Of a stretch of 64,000 bases of DNA, positions 61,693-64,000 are shown piece by piece. The notes below the pieces were generated by a model. The model saw nothing but the letters and a program-made list of their open reading frames with translations, ran no database searches and was not told where the DNA came from. Source of the DNA: Candidatus Moraniibacteriota bacterium (lineage in GTDB: Bacteria; Patescibacteriota; Minisyncoccia; Moranbacterales; UBA1568). Location of the stretch: positions 55,553-119,552 of the forward strand of contig JACPGV010000002.1 in NCBI GenBank assembly GCA_016182385.1, read 5' to 3'. Position 1 is the first letter of the stretch. Each line of letters opens with the position of its first letter. A program made the position numbers and the translations under genes.

Positions 61693-62862
61693 ATGGTTAA
61701 AGAAAAAGTAATGTCTGGAACTCCTACAATAGAAGAGTATGCCGCTCGTTTGGCAGAAATTGCCCAAATGTCTTTGGGAGCGCTTTCCGATGAGGAGACA
61801 CTCGCGCTTTTGGCCGAACGCCAACAGCTTGAGAAAACTCTTACGGCAGAAAAAGCGCGAAAAGAAGAAGCTCGTCTTTTGGCAGAGCAGGCGGCTTTGG
61901 AAGCAGAAAGAAAACAAAAGGAAGAAGAACAAAAAAACAAAGAAACAGCGTTGCTTGCCGAATTAGAAACACTGAATGCCTCCATTACCCCAAAACAATC
62001 AAGTAATGAGTTACTCGCGCTTGTTGCCAAACGACAAGAGATAGAAGAGGCGCTCGCAAAGTTACGTGAAGAATCTTTATCTGCTTCTTCTCAAGTGGCG
62101 CCGGTTCCGAAGTCGGCAAAAAATGAGAAGATTGTTTTGATGGGAAAACCGGCCAATGAGGAAAATGTATCGACCGAGGAAAATGTATCGACGACCAAAA
62201 TAGAACAAAAAGACACGGTACCCACACAAGAAACGCCGTCGAACGAGAACGCGGAAACACCCGAACCAAGACTAGAAGCAAAGAGCGATGACTCTTCGTT
62301 TAAGGCGGGATTGCGGGAGGAGACTGGAAGTGAGGGTATCGCGGAGGATCCTTTTCGAGAAGGAAGTGAATTGGCAAGATATCTTGATCAGTTGAAAAAT
62401 AATACCGGCTCTTTGGGGACACTTCTTCAAGAAATGCCGAAAAAAGCCGTGGAGAGCAAGGCTTTTATGTTGAAAGTGGCGGAGATTGATCCGGCATACG
62501 CGATGCATTATGCTCATGAATCTTTGAAAAAGGATGAGGATTTCAATGTGCGTATTGCCTCTATGAATAATCCGCGAAATTCCGGTAACGCCCTGGCGGA
62601 AATGTTGCCTGAAATGAGAACTTCCCGTGTGGTATTGGCCGCGGTGAAACAGGATTATCGTAATATTCGTTTTATTCGACCAGAGATGGAAGAATATGAT
62701 GAAATTATCCGTTTGGCCAAAGTAAGTGTATTGGAGCGAGCAAAAGAGCTGAAAGAAAGCGCGGACGTTTCTGTTTTGGTGCCAAAAATATTGCAACAGG
62801 ACACGATGTTTATGCAGGAGGTGGAAGCGGCACATTCTTCCACTCAGAAAAAATCGGCATAA
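61693..62862 (+). CDS. Hypothetical protein with a long charged coiled-coil N-terminal half and a C-terminal globular region.
   Basis: No family was recognised. It contains a tandem ENVSTE repeat (an 18-nt direct repeat at 62160-62195). Confidence 0.4.
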   Translation: MVKEKVMSGTPTIEEYAARLAEIAQMSLGALSDEETLALLAERQQLEKTLTAEKARKEEARLLAEQAALEAERKQKEEEQKNKETALLAELETLNASITPKQSSNELLALVAKRQEIEEALAKLREESLSASSQVAPVPKSAKNEKIVLMGKPANEENVSTEENVSTTKIEQKDTVPTQETPSNENAETPEPRLEAKSDDSSFKAGLREETGSEGIAEDPFREGSELARYLDQLKNNTGSLGTLLQEMPKKAVESKAFMLKVAEIDPAYAMHYAHESLKKDEDFNVRIASMNNPRNSGNALAEMLPEMRTSRVVLAAVKQDYRNIRFIRPEMEEYDEIIRLAKVSVLERAKELKESADVSVLVPKILQQDTMFMQEVEAAHSSTQKKSA

Positions 62863-62883
62863 TTTTTTTGGTATTTGTTTTTC

Positions 62884-64000
62884 ATGTACGATATCATTAT
62901 TAAAAATGGCACGGTGATCGATGGGAGCGGTCGACCAATGTATCGGGCCGATCTTGCCGTGAGCGAGGGACGTATCGCGGCGATTGGTGATGTGGGAGCA
63001 GCGGGAGCCGAGCGCGTGATCGATGCCACCGGACAGTATGTTTGTCCGGGCTTTATCGATGTCAACAATCACTCTGACACCTATTGGCAACTCTTGGCTA
63101 ATCCGGAATTGGAAAGTCTTCTGTATCAGGGAGTGACCACGGTCATCGGTGGCAATTCCGGTTCATCTTTGGCACCGCTTACTGATCCGAAAATTATCCG
63201 ATCTATTCAAAAGTGGACAGACGTAGAAAAAATAAATTTCAATTGGCTGTCGATGGAGGAATTTTTGAATGAGATAGAGAAAAGGCGTCCGGCCGTGAAC
63301 TTTGCAACATTGGTAGGTCATGGAACGATGCGTCGCGGTGTTATGTATGACAGGACGCGTACCATTACTCCGGAAGAGATACGTATGATGGAACAAATGC
63401 TGGAACGTTCTTTCGAAGAGGGGGCCATCGGCCTTTCCACGGGTCTCAAGTATACGCATGCCGCCGGAGCGGGGATGCGAGAACTGTCTACATTGGCGAA
63501 AATAGTCGCTTCTTTTGATGGTGTGTATGCCACGTACGTACGTGATGAAGGCGAGGGTCTGGTAAAATCCGTGGAAGAAACTATCGCGATAGCGCGCAAT
63601 ACCGGAGTGAAACTTCATATTTCACATTTGAAAGCCGTGGGGAAGAAAAATTGGCCGCTGATGGATGAAGTATTCAATCACATTGAGGCGGCGGCGCTTA
63701 ACGATGTGCGTATCAGTTTTGATGTTTATCCGTATACGACGACGGGATCGGTATTGTATACATTTTTGCCGGAATGGGTGACCAATGAAGGACGGAAAAT
63801 GATGCTGGCTCGTTTGCGTGATCCGGGAGTGAGAAGTACCGTTATTCGTGATATGCAGAAAAAAGACATTGATTACTCCGAGATAGTTATCGCTTCTTCA
63901 GATTTGAGTAAAATGCTTTCACGACGCAAGATTTCTGATTTGGCTCTTTTGTACGGAAAGTCACCCGAAGAAACCGTACTCGATTTTCTTATCGCCAGCA
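62884..64000 (+). CDS. Partial CDS (3' truncated by the window) for an amidohydrolase of the N-acyl-D-amino-acid deacylase (D-aminoacylase) family.
   Basis: MYDIIIKNGTVIDGSG...CPGFIDVNNHSD...VTTVIGGNSG... matches the D-aminoacylase N-terminal pattern (GFIDVHTHDD). It runs off the window end. Confidence 0.65.
   Translation, partial: MYDIIIKNGTVIDGSGRPMYRADLAVSEGRIAAIGDVGAAGAERVIDATGQYVCPGFIDVNNHSDTYWQLLANPELESLLYQGVTTVIGGNSGSSLAPLTDPKIIRSIQKWTDVEKINFNWLSMEEFLNEIEKRRPAVNFATLVGHGTMRRGVMYDRTRTITPEEIRMMEQMLERSFEEGAIGLSTGLKYTHAAGAGMRELSTLAKIVASFDGVYATYVRDEGEGLVKSVEETIAIARNTGVKLHISHLKAVGKKNWPLMDEVFNHIEAAALNDVRISFDVYPYTTTGSVLYTFLPEWVTNEGRKMMLARLRDPGVRSTVIRDMQKKDIDYSEIVIASSDLSKMLSRRKISDLALLYGKSPEETVLDFLIAS

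Overview
The window is a gene-dense bacterial chromosomal segment with about 43% GC and is almost entirely core machinery. It has the compact genes, extended ribosomal proteins and weak Shine-Dalgarno sites typical of Patescibacteria/CPR (Candidate Phyla Radiation) genomes; that placement is my inference from the sequence and no database search was run. In order it carries a partial histidine-phosphatase-like gene, an LTD/PKD-repeat secreted protein, a PGRP-type peptidoglycan amidase and a truncated TsaB-like ORF. These are followed by rpoB-rpoC, ftsK, a rodZ-like gene, recA, a coiled-coil lytic transglycosylase, rpsF-ssb-rpsR, efp, gyrB and rplY. A convergent pth and an LCP-family gene come next. 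Then come lepB-hisS-hit, rpsU, yqeY, ybeY, dgkA, ftsA-ftsZ, nrdR, a ComEC split into two coupled ORFs, ndk, tRNA-Pro(GGG), rpmB and an M50 protease. A long str/S10/spc ribosomal cluster runs from rpsL to map, has no L30 gene, and ends abruptly. After it come ruvX, a GT2 glycosyltransferase, a GalT-like gene, tpiA-fba-gap, a coiled-coil hypothetical and a partial D-aminoacylase. No CRISPR array, IS element or defence island is visible. The most unusual features are:
- an orphan small-RNA unit of about 175 nt with a consensus promoter and its own terminator, lying between rplY and pth;
- a tRNA-Pro locus with a hairpin-rich partial tRNA duplicate downstream of the tRNA and a strongly SD'd mini-ORF upstream;
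- a two-ORF ComEC;
- a half-length TsaB;
- an intrinsic terminator between rpsJ and rplC;
- an Arg-type EF-P;
- broken alpha-operon synteny after map.
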